Below are positions 37,300 through 47,335 of a stretch of DNA of 64,000 nucleotides, one piece after another. The notes beneath the pieces were generated by a model. The model saw nothing but the letters and a program-made list of their open reading frames with translations. It had not been told where the DNA came from and ran no database searches. Position 1 is the first letter of the stretch; the number at the start of each line of letters is the position of its first letter. Source of the stretch: Candidatus Nanohaloarchaea archaeon (lineage in GTDB: Archaea > Nanohalarchaeota > Nanosalinia > Nanosalinales > Nanosalinaceae); contig JACOQA010000003.1 of assembly GCA_014297435.1 (NCBI GenBank), forward strand, positions 96,001 through 160,000. The letters are read 5' to 3'. A program made the position numbers and the translations under genes.

Positions 37300-37611
37300 T
37301 CAGAAACCGTCCAGAGCTTCAAGAAGGTTTTCCGCGACCTTGACTGCTTCAAACTCTTCTTCTATCTCAAGAACCGTGTAAGCTTTCTCTTCTTCCTGGT
37401 AGAATTCAGCGACTTCCTGTCTTTCAATTGCTTCGGAAGCATCTTCCTCAAAACCGTATCTAAGTATATGGAAAGAATCCTCCATATCGATGTAGAAGAG
37501 GCTTACCTCGGTTTCACCGAACTTCTCCGTTTCAACCTTCTTATCGTGGTAAGACGGGATAGATTCATCCAATTCAACAATCTTGTAAATGTCTTCAGAT
37601 TCTACCGACAC
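37300..37611 (-). CDS. Hypothetical acidic protein
   Basis: 103-aa ORF. Confidence 0.6.
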   Translation of the reverse strand: MSVESEDIYKIVELDESIPSYHDKKVETEKFGETEVSLFYIDMEDSFHILRYGFEEDASEAIERQEVAEFYQEEEKAYTVLEIEEEFEAVKVAENLLEALDGF

Positions 37612-37663
37612 ACGAAAATTCCTATAGGTTAAGTGTTAAAACTGCTTTCGGTAAAAAATCTTT

Positions 37664-38245
37664 ATGGAGAGCTTTATCGACGAGTTCAAGGACGATAGAG
37701 AGAAAAACTCGGACATTATCATAGCGATCGATGGAATGGCCGCAGCAGGGAAAGGAACTGTCGCCAGATTTATCGCTGACAAACTTAATATTGAACATTT
37801 TTCGGCGAGCGATGTATTCTACCAGGTTGCCGATGAGAGAAACCTTGAGGATCATGAGCTTTCCGAAGAGGCCGAAAAAGAACTAGACCTTGAAATAGAT
37901 AGAAGAACTCTTGAACGGGCTTTGGAACAGGATTGTATTGTCGAAGGTCGGATTCCTTGTTATGCGGTCGGAAGCTTTGCAGACCTGAAGATAAAGATTA
38001 AAGCAGATCCTAGTGAAAGAGCGAGAAGGCTTGCAGGACGCGAAGATATCGAGATCGAGGAATCAGAGAAAATTGTTGAGAAACGTGACAGGGAGGACTC
38101 AAGACGTTACAAAGAATACTACGGGATCAACACTTCCGATACCGAGATATACGATATCGTTATTGACAACACCGATCTTTCCATAAACAAGCAGAACAAG
38201 TTAGTACTTGAAGAACTGGAAAAACTGTTTCCAGAAAAGGTGTAA
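37664..38245 (+). CDS. cmk: Cytidylate kinase (archaeal type)
   Basis: GMAAAGKGT P-loop, VEGR, RARR...RE, RYKEYYGI..D..IYD. Confidence 0.92.
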   Translation: MESFIDEFKDDREKNSDIIIAIDGMAAAGKGTVARFIADKLNIEHFSASDVFYQVADERNLEDHELSEEAEKELDLEIDRRTLERALEQDCIVEGRIPCYAVGSFADLKIKIKADPSERARRLAGREDIEIEESEKIVEKRDREDSRRYKEYYGINTSDTEIYDIVIDNTDLSINKQNKLVLEELEKLFPEKV

Positions 38246-38249
38246 GCAA

Positions 38250-38669
38250 ATGGGTTACAAGATACTTGGACATACGGCAGACGAGAAGTTTCATGCAGAA
38301 GGAGAAACAGTTGAAGAAGCTTTTTCCGAATCAGTGAAGGCTGTCGCCGAAATTGTTGGAGCTGATCCTGGAGCCGGCGAAAACCATCATAATGTAGAGA
38401 TTGAGTCCGAGTCTTACGAAGCTTTATTCTTCGACTTCCTCGACAAGATAATTTTTCTACAGGATACAGAGAACCAGGTTGTCACACACGCCGAGAACCT
38501 GAAAGTTGAAAAAATCGGGAATATTTACTTGCTTGAAGCGAAGCTGAATACTGACCCTATAGTTGAAGGCTCAGGATTCCTTGATCTTAAGGCTCCGACT
38601 TACAACGAGATGAAGGTTGACTACGAAGACGGCACAGGCTGGATCTTAGAGGCAGTTCTTGATATCTAG
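38250..38669 (+). CDS. Archease (RtcB cofactor)
   Basis: HTAD, KAPTY, C-terminal VLDI. Confidence 0.93.
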   Translation: MGYKILGHTADEKFHAEGETVEEAFSESVKAVAEIVGADPGAGENHHNVEIESESYEALFFDFLDKIIFLQDTENQVVTHAENLKVEKIGNIYLLEAKLNTDPIVEGSGFLDLKAPTYNEMKVDYEDGTGWILEAVLDI

Positions 38670-39355
38670 ACATAGTCATTCCTGTCAATTTTATAGACGG
38701 TCTCGTTGACCTTCTTGAACTGTTCGTTATCATCTTTCTCCATCCTGCGGGAAAGATTGTTCTTTCCTCTCTTCTTCACAATCTGTTCTTCCAGATTGTC
38801 TGCAATAACGTACTCCGTTCTTTCACTAAATTCATCAAATATTTCACCAAGCTCCGCGCGGTCATGCTCTCGTTCAAGTTTCGCTACCACATACTCCAGC
38901 ACCTGATTCTCCTCTTCAATAGAGGGAAGGCTTTCTGTGTCACATTTTACGTAGTTCCAGTCAGATAGGTTAGAACCTGAAACGTCCCACTTGTTTCCAA
39001 AAGCCGAGTTCTCAACCAACGTAATATCCTTGGATACATACTCTTGTAGTTCGTTTGCTAATTCAAAGATCCTAGAAACGCTATTTTGGGGAATGCTATC
39101 TGGAATGTTGTGGCGCTCAAACTTGGAGGATTCGAACGTGCTCTTCTTATAGCACGTCTCATCGCCCTTCTGAACCAATACGTTGTTCTCGAGACCTCTA
39201 TAGATACTGTCTATATATCTTCGGAAGTCCCGGACAGCTTGATGGCTATTCCCTATAGTGCCTCGTTTTCCTCCTTCCTCATACAGCTCTATTTCGCCTT
39301 CTAAAACCAAGTTGAAGAACTCAGATATCTCATTCTCTGACTCCAGTACGCTCAT
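38666..39355 (-). CDS. Hypothetical protein between archease and rtcB
   Basis: 229-aa ORF; possible C-terminal winged helix. Confidence 0.6.
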   Translation of the reverse strand: MSVLESENEISEFFNLVLEGEIELYEEGGKRGTIGNSHQAVRDFRRYIDSIYRGLENNVLVQKGDETCYKKSTFESSKFERHNIPDSIPQNSVSRIFELANELQEYVSKDITLVENSAFGNKWDVSGSNLSDWNYVKCDTESLPSIEEENQVLEYVVAKLEREHDRAELGEIFDEFSERTEYVIADNLEEQIVKKRGKNNLSRRMEKDDNEQFKKVNETVYKIDRNDYV

Positions 39356-39433
39356 TCTCTTGTTACCTGATAGAAACTAAAGATTTTTGAGTGAGAGGTC
39401 AGGTTCTAAAGCCTTGGCTCAGAATCTTTACAC

Positions 39434-40870
39434 ATGACAGACTCTAAAGACATCGAACTAGAGAAGGTTTCAGAAAACATCTACGAGATCCCTCAAACAG
39501 AGGAGATGAACGTTCCAGCTAGAGTATACTCATCAGAGCCATTACTTGAGAAAATGAAGGGCGACGATACCTTGAACCAGGTAAAGAATATGGCGGAGCT
39601 TCCGGGGATCGAAAAATATTCTATCGTGATGCCTGATGGACATCAGGGCTATGGTTTTCCCATCGGCGGTGTAGCAGCGTTCGACAACGAAACCGGGATT
39701 ATAAGCCCTGGCGGGATCGGCTACGACATCAACTGCGGAGTGAGGGTTCTAAAAACAGATTTGAAGAGAGAAGATATTGATGGGGATGAACAGAGAATAG
39801 CTAATATTCTATACTCAAAAGTTCCTGTAGGTCTTGGAAAAGGCGGTTATATCGATACTTCTGAAGAAGATGTTGTCGAGATTCTTGAGAAAGGCTCGGA
39901 ATGGATGCTTGAAAACGGTCATGCAAAAGAATCTGATCTTGAAAGATGTGAGGAAAACGGTAGATTGCCGGGAAATCCAGAGAAAGTTCCCGACGAAGCT
40001 ATTAAGAGAGGTTTGAAACAGGTCGGTTCTCTTGGATCCGGAAACCACTTCATGGAAGTTCAAGTCGTCTCCGATATATTTGAAGAAGAGAAAGCGGAAT
40101 CTTATGGACTTGAGGAAGACCAGATCGTAGTCATGATACACTCCGGGTCGAGAGGTCTCGGACACCAGACCTGTACTAACTACCTTAGAAAGTTTGAGAA
40201 GGAGTACCCTGAAATTGTCGAAAGTATTCCCGAGAAAGAATTAATTTATGCTCCTATCGCCGATAAACTAGCTGAGGACTATCGAGATGCTATGTATGGT
40301 GCAGCGAACTATGCTTGGGCAAATAGACAAGCGATCACTCAAGGAGTAAGGGAGTGTTTCAACACCTTGTTCGATGATGTGGAGATCGAGCTTGTGTACG
40401 ATGTCTGCCACAACATAGCCAAAGAGGAAGTACATGAGGTTGATGGCGAGGAGAAGGAGTTGCTTGTTCATAGGAAAGGTGCGACACGTGCGATGCCAGC
40501 CGGAAGACCCGAGGTGCCTGATGTTTATTCAGAGGTAGGACAGCCCGTACTAATTCCGGGAAGCATGGGAACTTCTTCTTACATTCTTTCAGGCGGAGAC
40601 AAATCATCAGAACTAAGCTTTGGTTCTACAGCACACGGAGCCGGGCGTTTGAAGTCACGTACTCAGGCAAAGAAGGATTACTGGGGTGAAGACGTTCAGG
40701 CAGAACTAGAAAGAGAAGGAATTCTGGTTAAGGCCGATTCCGGTTCCACAATAGCGGAAGAGGCTCCAGGCGTCTATAAGGACGTGGATGAGGTAATACA
40801 GGTTTCAGATAAACTAGAAATTGGGCAAAAAGTGGCGAGAATGAGACCTTTAGTAAATATTAAGGGATAG
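39434..40870 (+). CDS. rtcB: RNA-splicing ligase RtcB
   Basis: MPDGHQGYGFPIGG, GYDINCG, GSGNHF, HRKGATR, HGAGR; no intein. Confidence 0.98.
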   Translation: MTDSKDIELEKVSENIYEIPQTEEMNVPARVYSSEPLLEKMKGDDTLNQVKNMAELPGIEKYSIVMPDGHQGYGFPIGGVAAFDNETGIISPGGIGYDINCGVRVLKTDLKREDIDGDEQRIANILYSKVPVGLGKGGYIDTSEEDVVEILEKGSEWMLENGHAKESDLERCEENGRLPGNPEKVPDEAIKRGLKQVGSLGSGNHFMEVQVVSDIFEEEKAESYGLEEDQIVVMIHSGSRGLGHQTCTNYLRKFEKEYPEIVESIPEKELIYAPIADKLAEDYRDAMYGAANYAWANRQAITQGVRECFNTLFDDVEIELVYDVCHNIAKEEVHEVDGEEKELLVHRKGATRAMPAGRPEVPDVYSEVGQPVLIPGSMGTSSYILSGGDKSSELSFGSTAHGAGRLKSRTQAKKDYWGEDVQAELEREGILVKADSGSTIAEEAPGVYKDVDEVIQVSDKLEIGQKVARMRPLVNIKG

Positions 40871-40954
40871 AGAGCCCTTAACCACTAAATTCCATATTCT
40901 GTTCTTCTGACAGCCACACCCTATTTATAAAACTTGGTTGGGATTCATTCTTTA

Positions 40955-40996
40955 CCCTTCAGCATTTTTGAAGGGACAAGCCTCAAGCTTTGAGGC
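40955..40996 (+). promoter_or_regulatory. Twin-hairpin 5' leader of the rpl3 operon
   Basis: CCCTTCA/TGAAGGG and GCCTCAA/TTGAGGC stems downstream of TTTATAAA at 40924-40931. Confidence 0.55.
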
Positions 40997-41020
40997 CTAT
41001 GGAAACAAGGTGTAGAACAA

Positions 41021-41992
41021 ATGTCACAAGTAAACAGACCAAGAAGCGGATCACTAGGCTACAAGCCGAAGGTACGCGCAGACAGAATCTATCCCTCAAT
41101 CGACACATGGGAAGAAATAGATGAACAAAAACCTCTAGGATTTGCTGGCTACAAGGTCGGCATGACAAGAATACTTAGAATCGACGATACCGAAGGAGCA
41201 ACACAAGGACAAGAAGTTGCGACACCGGTAACAATCCTAGAAGCTCCACCACTAAGAGTTTACGGAGCAAGATTCTACACCGAAGACCTGAACGACGGAA
41301 AACAGGTCTACACAGAAGCATGGACTGATTCTCCAGCCAAAGAACTCCAAGAAGCAACCAACGTACCAAAAGAAGGAAACATGGACAATCTGGAGAAAGC
41401 AAAAGAAAACTCAGAAAAAATTACAGATGTCAAACTCCTCGTCCACACCCAGCCACAGAAGACCGGCGTAGGAAAAGATAAAGCCGCAAACTTCGAGCTG
41501 GGAATCGGCGGAGACACAGAAGAAAATATTGAATACGCAGAAGAGATGATCGGAAAACAGATCGAATTCTCTGATGTATTCGATGAAGGAGACTTCTCCG
41601 ATGCAATCGCCGTAACAAAAGGAAAAGGAACAGAAGGTCCTGTAAAGAGATACGGGATCAAGAAGCTCGGTCACAAGACACAGAAGAAAAGAAGAAAGGC
41701 CGGAAACGTAGGTCCATGGCACCCAGATACACTTTCATGGAGAGTTCCGCTTCCAGGACAGCAAGGATTCAATAACCGAACCGAGTTCAACAAGAGAATC
41801 CTCGGACACGGCGAAGAACCTGAAGACGTCCAGAGAGATGGCGGATTCAAGAACTACGGAGAAGTAGAATCAAACTACATCCTAGTCAAAGGATCGGTTC
41901 CAGGAGCAACAAAGAGACTAGTAAGGCTTAGAACCGCTCTAAGAAAAGACGAAAACCCAGGAACACCTGAAATCACTCACATCAACAGGTGA
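41021..41992 (+). CDS. rpl3: 50S ribosomal protein uL3
   Basis: RPRSGSLG, GFAGYKVGMT, TKGKG, KGSVPG. Confidence 0.97.
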   Translation: MSQVNRPRSGSLGYKPKVRADRIYPSIDTWEEIDEQKPLGFAGYKVGMTRILRIDDTEGATQGQEVATPVTILEAPPLRVYGARFYTEDLNDGKQVYTEAWTDSPAKELQEATNVPKEGNMDNLEKAKENSEKITDVKLLVHTQPQKTGVGKDKAANFELGIGGDTEENIEYAEEMIGKQIEFSDVFDEGDFSDAIAVTKGKGTEGPVKRYGIKKLGHKTQKKRRKAGNVGPWHPDTLSWRVPLPGQQGFNNRTEFNKRILGHGEEPEDVQRDGGFKNYGEVESNYILVKGSVPGATKRLVRLRTALRKDENPGTPEITHINR

Positions 41993-42759
41993 AAATAGAT
42001 ATGACAGACACACCAACACAGTTTAACGAAAGAGTAAGACCCGACATAATCAAGAGGGCGTTCCTCTCAATCCAGTCAAAGAACCGGCAGGACTACGGAA
42101 CAGATCCGGAAGCCGGACTGAAACACGTTACAAGGATCAAACAGAGGAACAACGCATTCAGAGGACAGAAAGGAAAAGGAATGTCCCGAACACCGAAGAA
42201 AGCCATGCTCGCCAGAGGACAGCAGTTCTACTGGGTCGGAGCAAAGGCGCCTCACACAAAAGGAGGTAGAGTAGCCCACGGACCTAAAGCCGAGAAAGAC
42301 TTCGAAGAAGAGATCAACGACAAGGAAAGAAGAAAGGCAATCAGGTCAGCTATCGCAGCTTCAAACGATATCGAGCTAGTCTCCAAGAAACATGATTACG
42401 ACGGAGAACTACCGCTTATCGAGGAAGGACTGAACGAAGTAGAGAAGACACAGGAACTGAAGGAAAGACTCGAGGATCTTGGACTCGAAGATGAACTAGA
42501 AAGAGCTTCGGAGAAGAAGGTTCGAGCAGGTAGAGGAACTTCAAGAGGAAGAAAGTACAGGACGAAGACAGGACCTCTAGTTGTTTACGCAGAAGATGAA
42601 GGAATTGTTAACGCAGCAAGCAACCTTCAGGGAGTTGACTCCTCAAGAGTCGACCAGTTAAACGCAAAGAAACTTGCACCAGGCGCACAGCCAGGAAGAC
42701 TTGTTGTCTGGACAGAAAAAGCTGTAGAAGAACTAAAAGAAAAAGAGCTTTACAGGTGA
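41989..42759 (+). CDS. rpl4: 50S ribosomal protein uL4
   Basis: VRPDIIKRA, GGRVAHGP, LAPG. Confidence 0.96.
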   Translation: MKIDMTDTPTQFNERVRPDIIKRAFLSIQSKNRQDYGTDPEAGLKHVTRIKQRNNAFRGQKGKGMSRTPKKAMLARGQQFYWVGAKAPHTKGGRVAHGPKAEKDFEEEINDKERRKAIRSAIAASNDIELVSKKHDYDGELPLIEEGLNEVEKTQELKERLEDLGLEDELERASEKKVRAGRGTSRGRKYRTKTGPLVVYAEDEGIVNAASNLQGVDSSRVDQLNAKKLAPGAQPGRLVVWTEKAVEELKEKELYR

Positions 42760-43034
42760 TTAAGATGGAAGAAGAGAAAGCATGGGACGTGATCGAGAAT
42801 CCTCACATGACAGAGAAAGCGATGGATCAAGTCGATATGGAGAACAAGCTAGTTCTCATAGTTGATCTTGATGCAGACAAGAACCAGGTTGAGGACGCGG
42901 TCGAGACCCTATTCGATGTCACGGTTAAAAAAGTAAACACTAGTATCACACCACAGGCAAAGAAAAAAGCGTTCGTCAGACTTTCAAACGCAGACGACGC
43001 GATGGATGTTGCCACGAAAATGGGTATGATGTAA
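42756..43034 (+). CDS. rpl23: 50S ribosomal protein uL23
   Basis: TEKA, KVNT, KKAFVRL. Confidence 0.96.
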   Translation: MIKMEEEKAWDVIENPHMTEKAMDQVDMENKLVLIVDLDADKNQVEDAVETLFDVTVKKVNTSITPQAKKKAFVRLSNADDAMDVATKMGMM

Positions 43035-43050
43035 GAGAGGTGAACAAGAT

Positions 43051-43755
43051 ATGGGATCTCCACTAAGACAACAGAGAAGAGGAAAAGGATCGCCTAATTA
43101 CAGGGCTAACTCCCACAGAGGAAAGGGAGGAGTAGATCACAACAACGCAGAAACCACAGGAACAGTAGTAGATCTACAGCACGATCCTTCGAGAACAGCA
43201 CCAGTCGCCGTAGTCGAATTTGACAGCGGAGAGAAAAAGAACGTGCTTGCACCAGAAAACCTCTCAATCGGACAGCAAATCGAAATCGGCAGAAGCGCCG
43301 AAATCAAAGAAGGAAACACACTACCTCTCGGCGAAATTCCGGAAGGAGTTCCAATACATAATATTGAGCTCCAGCCTAACGACGGCGGAAAACTTGTAAG
43401 GTCCTCAGGAACGTACGCTTTCGTTGTCACACACGAAAAGGATGGAGTCAGAATCAGCCTTCCTTCCAAGTCGTTCAAGAAGCTCTCGAAAGAGTGCAGA
43501 GCGACTGTCGGAAAGGTTGCTGCCGGCGGAAGAAAGGAGAAGCCTTTCGTCAAGGCCGGAAACAAGCACAAGGCGATGAAAGCGCGCGGAAAACCTTATC
43601 CAAAGGTATCTGCAGTTGCTATGAACGCCGTCGACCACCCATTCGGTGGATCAGCAAAACCAGGACAGCCCAAGACAGTTTCCAGGCATGCATCGCCTGG
43701 TTCAAAGGTTGGAAACATCGGAGCAAAACGCTCTGGCAAGAAGAAGAACGACTAG
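43051..43755 (+). CDS. rpl2: 50S ribosomal protein uL2
   Basis: HDPSR.AP, AMNAVDHPFGG. Confidence 0.97.
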   Translation: MGSPLRQQRRGKGSPNYRANSHRGKGGVDHNNAETTGTVVDLQHDPSRTAPVAVVEFDSGEKKNVLAPENLSIGQQIEIGRSAEIKEGNTLPLGEIPEGVPIHNIELQPNDGGKLVRSSGTYAFVVTHEKDGVRISLPSKSFKKLSKECRATVGKVAAGGRKEKPFVKAGNKHKAMKARGKPYPKVSAVAMNAVDHPFGGSAKPGQPKTVSRHASPGSKVGNIGAKRSGKKKND

Positions 43756-43767
43756 AGGCCTAGAACT

Positions 43768-44148
43768 ATGACAGATGAAGACTTTACATTCAGAGGAAAA
43801 AGCCTTGAGGAACTGAAGCAGATGAACCTCGACTCCTTCGCAGACCTCGCAAACGCGAGAGCAAGGAGAAAGATCAAGAGAGGACTAAACAGAAAGGAGA
43901 AGAAACTGCTTTCAGACCTTGAGGACAGCGACACAGCGAAAACACACGAGAGAAACATGATCGTTGTTCCTTCGATGGTTGGAAAAACCGTTGAAGTCTA
44001 CAACGGACAGAGATTTATCGAGGTAGATATCGAGGGCGAAATGCTCGGACACTACCTAGGCGAATTCGCAAAAACCAGAAAGAAAGTCGAACACAGCGCT
44101 CCAGGACTTGGAGCTACACGTTCGTCACAGCACGTACCTCTCAAGTGA
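43768..44148 (+). CDS. rps19: 30S ribosomal protein uS19
   Basis: KTHER.M, MLGHYLGEF, GATRSS. Confidence 0.97.
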   Translation: MTDEDFTFRGKSLEELKQMNLDSFADLANARARRKIKRGLNRKEKKLLSDLEDSDTAKTHERNMIVVPSMVGKTVEVYNGQRFIEVDIEGEMLGHYLGEFAKTRKKVEHSAPGLGATRSSQHVPLK

Positions 44149-44570
44149 TCATCATGAGTCTAGAAGTAGAAACACACCAGGCAAAGGCCGTAGGGAAAAA
44201 CCTACGTGTCTCCTGGAAGGACTGCACAGAGATTGGCAGGTTTATTGACGGAGACTCCGTCGAGAAAGCCAAGAACAAGCTTGAGAGAGTAATCGACAAG
44301 GAGCTACCAGTTCCGATGACAAAGTTTGACTCGGACGCAGGACACAAATCCGGTCAGGGTGCTGGAAAGTACCCTGTTAAGGCAGCGGAAGAAATGCTTT
44401 CACTTGTCGAACAGGCAGAATCCAACGCAGAACACGAAGGACTTAACACCGGACAACTTGAAGTCCAGAACATCATCACCAATCAGGGTCCTTCGATCCG
44501 CACACCGAAGCGTCATAGAGGACGCCAGATAAAATCAGCTCACGTAAAAATGGTCGTGGGCGAAAAATAG
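44145..44570 (+). CDS. rpl22: 50S ribosomal protein uL22
   Basis: GKYPVKAA, AESNAE; gene order. Confidence 0.95.
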   Translation: MIIMSLEVETHQAKAVGKNLRVSWKDCTEIGRFIDGDSVEKAKNKLERVIDKELPVPMTKFDSDAGHKSGQGAGKYPVKAAEEMLSLVEQAESNAEHEGLNTGQLEVQNIITNQGPSIRTPKRHRGRQIKSAHVKMVVGEK

Positions 44571-44585
44571 AGGTTTAAACATACT

Positions 44586-45656
44586 ATGCAAGAAAAACAA
44601 TTCGTACAGAAAGGAGCCAGAAAGGTTCGTCTTCACGAGTTTCTGAAAGACGAGCTTGAAGGCGCAGGTTACTCTCACGCAGATATCGTGAGAACACCTA
44701 CATCGACAAAAGTCGTGATTTACGCACAGAGACCTGGACTCGTTATTGGAAGAGGTGGTTCCCGTATCAAGGAACTTACTTCTGACATGGAAGCAGAGTT
44801 CAACTTTGAGAACCCTCAGATAGAGGTAAACGAGATCGACGAACCTGATGCAGACGCACAGGTAGTCGCACAGTCCATGGCTGACTGGCTTGAGAAAGGC
44901 GGTCGCGCCAAAAGGGTTGGCTACACCTACCTTCGCAGGATGAAGGAAGCAGGTGTCCCAGGTGCAGAGATCGAGATCTCCGGAAAGCTTTCCGGAAACC
45001 GTGGAAGAACAGAAAAATTCTCGTTCGGATACGTAAAGATCTGCGGAAACACAGCAAAGGAAAACGTAGACCGCGGATACGAACTAGCTAGAACCAAGCC
45101 AGGTGCAATCGGAGTAAAGGTCAGGATGATGGAAGAAATGCCTGACTTCATGCACAGAGACGTAGATGTAGAGGAAGAGATCATGCATGAAACAGTTGAA
45201 GGCGGAGAATCCGTTGAAAAGGCAGAGAGAATTTCCGAGATCATCCAGGAAGCAGACAACATGACAGCAGCCGAGATCGAAGACGCTATCGAGACACTTG
45301 AAGAGGTCAAGACCTCTGACATCTCGAAGGACGAAGTAAGACAAGTCTTCGAGGACGGCGGACACGAAGAAACTTCAGAAGATGACGAAGAGGAAGCTGT
45401 TTCCGAAGAACCTGAGGAAGAAGATCAGGACGAATCGAAGGCAGACGAAGAAGCACCAGTAGAAGACACGGAAAAGTCTGACGAATCTGAAGGCGACGAA
45501 ACAGAGTACGCGGAAATCGTCTCAGGAACCATCAGCGATGCAAAGGACGCAATTGACGAACTTGAAGAGCCTGACTTCGCAGAGCTTCTTGCTGCTGAAG
45601 AGGCAGACAAAAACCGAACAACCTTTATTGACTGGTTGGAGAACAAGAAAGAATAA
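44586..45656 (+). CDS. rps3: 30S ribosomal protein uS3 with long acidic C-terminal extension and extra terminal domain
   Basis: RPGLVIGRGG, ISGKL, GAIGVKV; ~170-aa extension. Confidence 0.97.
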   Translation: MQEKQFVQKGARKVRLHEFLKDELEGAGYSHADIVRTPTSTKVVIYAQRPGLVIGRGGSRIKELTSDMEAEFNFENPQIEVNEIDEPDADAQVVAQSMADWLEKGGRAKRVGYTYLRRMKEAGVPGAEIEISGKLSGNRGRTEKFSFGYVKICGNTAKENVDRGYELARTKPGAIGVKVRMMEEMPDFMHRDVDVEEEIMHETVEGGESVEKAERISEIIQEADNMTAAEIEDAIETLEEVKTSDISKDEVRQVFEDGGHEETSEDDEEEAVSEEPEEEDQDESKADEEAPVEDTEKSDESEGDETEYAEIVSGTISDAKDAIDELEEPDFAELLAAEEADKNRTTFIDWLENKKE

Positions 45657-45680
45657 AAGCAGAGTAAGGAGTGATTACAC

Positions 45681-45878
45681 ATGGCGATTCTAAAGGCAGA
45701 CGAGATCAGGGACATGAGCGAAGATGAGGCTCGAGAGAGACTCAACGACCTCAAGAAGGAAATTGTAGAGGAAAAAGGACAAATTGAGACAGGAGGATTC
45801 GCTGAAGACCCTGGAAGAATCAAGGAGATGAGGAGAACCATCGCCCGCATCAAAACAGTTCTCAACGAAAAGGAGTAA
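45681..45878 (+). CDS. rpl29: 50S ribosomal protein uL29
   Basis: EIRDMS, RRTIARIKT. Confidence 0.96.
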   Translation: MAILKADEIRDMSEDEARERLNDLKKEIVEEKGQIETGGFAEDPGRIKEMRRTIARIKTVLNEKE

Positions 45879-45888
45879 ACGTACCAAG

Positions 45889-46194
45889 ATGTCAGATCTT
45901 AACGACGATAACCTACCGGACGACTTCGACCCTATGGACCAGCTTGCACGGTCCGAACAAACCATCACAGTCAAGATCGACACTCGTAGCTTCGGCAAGG
46001 AAATGACTGTTGTCGAAGGATTCGGGGACGATGTCGATATTTCTGAACTCGCATCCACCCTCAAGTCCAAGCTTGCATGCGGTGGAACCGCGAAGAATGG
46101 ACAGATCCAGCTCCAGGGAGATCACCTGAGGAGGATTGAAGAAGTTCTCGAAGGCGAAGGCTTCGACCGGGAGAACATCGACGTCAAACGCTAG
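45889..46194 (+). CDS. sui1: Translation initiation factor aIF1/SUI1
   Basis: LKSKLACGGT, IQLQGDH. Confidence 0.96.
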   Translation: MSDLNDDNLPDDFDPMDQLARSEQTITVKIDTRSFGKEMTVVEGFGDDVDISELASTLKSKLACGGTAKNGQIQLQGDHLRRIEEVLEGEGFDRENIDVKR

Positions 46195-46280
46195 AAACTC
46201 CGTTCAAAAGCTTTCTTTGAACGGTTTCACAGCCCTTTTTACTTCCCAACTTTTAATTCTAGAATCCCTAATTCAACTAT

Positions 46281-46811
46281 ATGCCAGGACCTGTATTCCT
46301 AGAAGGAGAAGAAGCTGAACTAAGAACTATCGAGGAAGGAGATATTGAATTCCTCAGAGACAGTGTAAACCTTCCTGTTATCCGTAGAAACATTTTATCG
46401 GTAAGAAAACCGGAAAATAGAGCCAGCAGCGAGGACTTCTTCGAGAACGTAGTATGTTCTGACAATACTGTCCATTTCCTTATCTGTAAAGACGGCGAGA
46501 GAGCCGGCATAATCTCGGTAGAGGATAAAGGAACTGTGGAGAAGCTTGGACAGCTAGGTCTCTGGATACACCCAGATTACCATAACCAGGGTCTTGGAAC
46601 AGAGTCAACCAAACTAATGATTGAGCACGCCTTCGAACAGCTGGACTATCACAAACTGTATGCACGAGTCCACGAGAATAACGAGGCATCACAAGCACTC
46701 TGGGAAAAACTTGAGTTCGAGAAAGAAGGAAGACTGAAGGAACACTGTTACACAAACGGAGAATACATCGATGTAATTATGTACGGAATGCTTAGGAGGG
46801 ATTGGAGATGA
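46281..46811 (+). CDS. GNAT acetyltransferase, RimJ/RimL-like
   Basis: MPGPVFLEG, HPDYHNQGLGT, N.AS..L.EKL.F..EG. Confidence 0.9.
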   Translation: MPGPVFLEGEEAELRTIEEGDIEFLRDSVNLPVIRRNILSVRKPENRASSEDFFENVVCSDNTVHFLICKDGERAGIISVEDKGTVEKLGQLGLWIHPDYHNQGLGTESTKLMIEHAFEQLDYHKLYARVHENNEASQALWEKLEFEKEGRLKEHCYTNGEYIDVIMYGMLRRDWR

Positions 46812-47335
46812 CAAGGTTTATGGAACGCGACGGAGTTGTATTTAGACCGGTAGAGGAAGAGGACAAGGAATTCCTTAGAAAGCTAATTAACCATGAAAAT
46901 GTCAGAGACACAATCGGCATGGCTCCTAAACCAAAGAACCTGAAGGACGAAGAAGAACATGTCGAGTTAGCTAGTGAACAAGATGATGCAGCTTACTTCC
47001 TGATAGAGTACGAAGGCGAAAAGGTCGGAACAATCTCACTTGAAAATATTAACAGAGATTACCGTAGATGTCACCTAGGTCTGTCGATCCATCCGGATTA
47101 TCACGGGCAGGGAATCGGAACCACAAGCGTACAGATGATCACAGATTACGCATTCAAAGACCTCAACATGCACAAGGTGAGAGGCGGCTACCTCGAACAC
47201 AACCCTGCTTCGAAAAGAATTATGGAGAAAGCCGGGTTTCAGGAAGAAGGAATAGAAAGAGAGTTCAAATTGGTTGACGGTGGCTGGAAAGATGTTATCT
47301 GGATGAGCATCCTCGAACAAGAGTGGCGAGAATGA
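46802..47335 (+). CDS. GNAT acetyltransferase, RimJ/RimL-like (tandem paralogue)
   Basis: HPDYHGQGIGT, NPASKRIMEKAGF.EEG. Confidence 0.9.
   Translation: MEMTRFMERDGVVFRPVEEEDKEFLRKLINHENVRDTIGMAPKPKNLKDEEEHVELASEQDDAAYFLIEYEGEKVGTISLENINRDYRRCHLGLSIHPDYHGQGIGTTSVQMITDYAFKDLNMHKVRGGYLEHNPASKRIMEKAGFQEEGIEREFKLVDGGWKDVIWMSILEQEWRE

Noticed and set aside
39434-40870. Inteins in RtcB or RNAP subunits
   Set aside because: Protein lengths are normal and motifs contiguous
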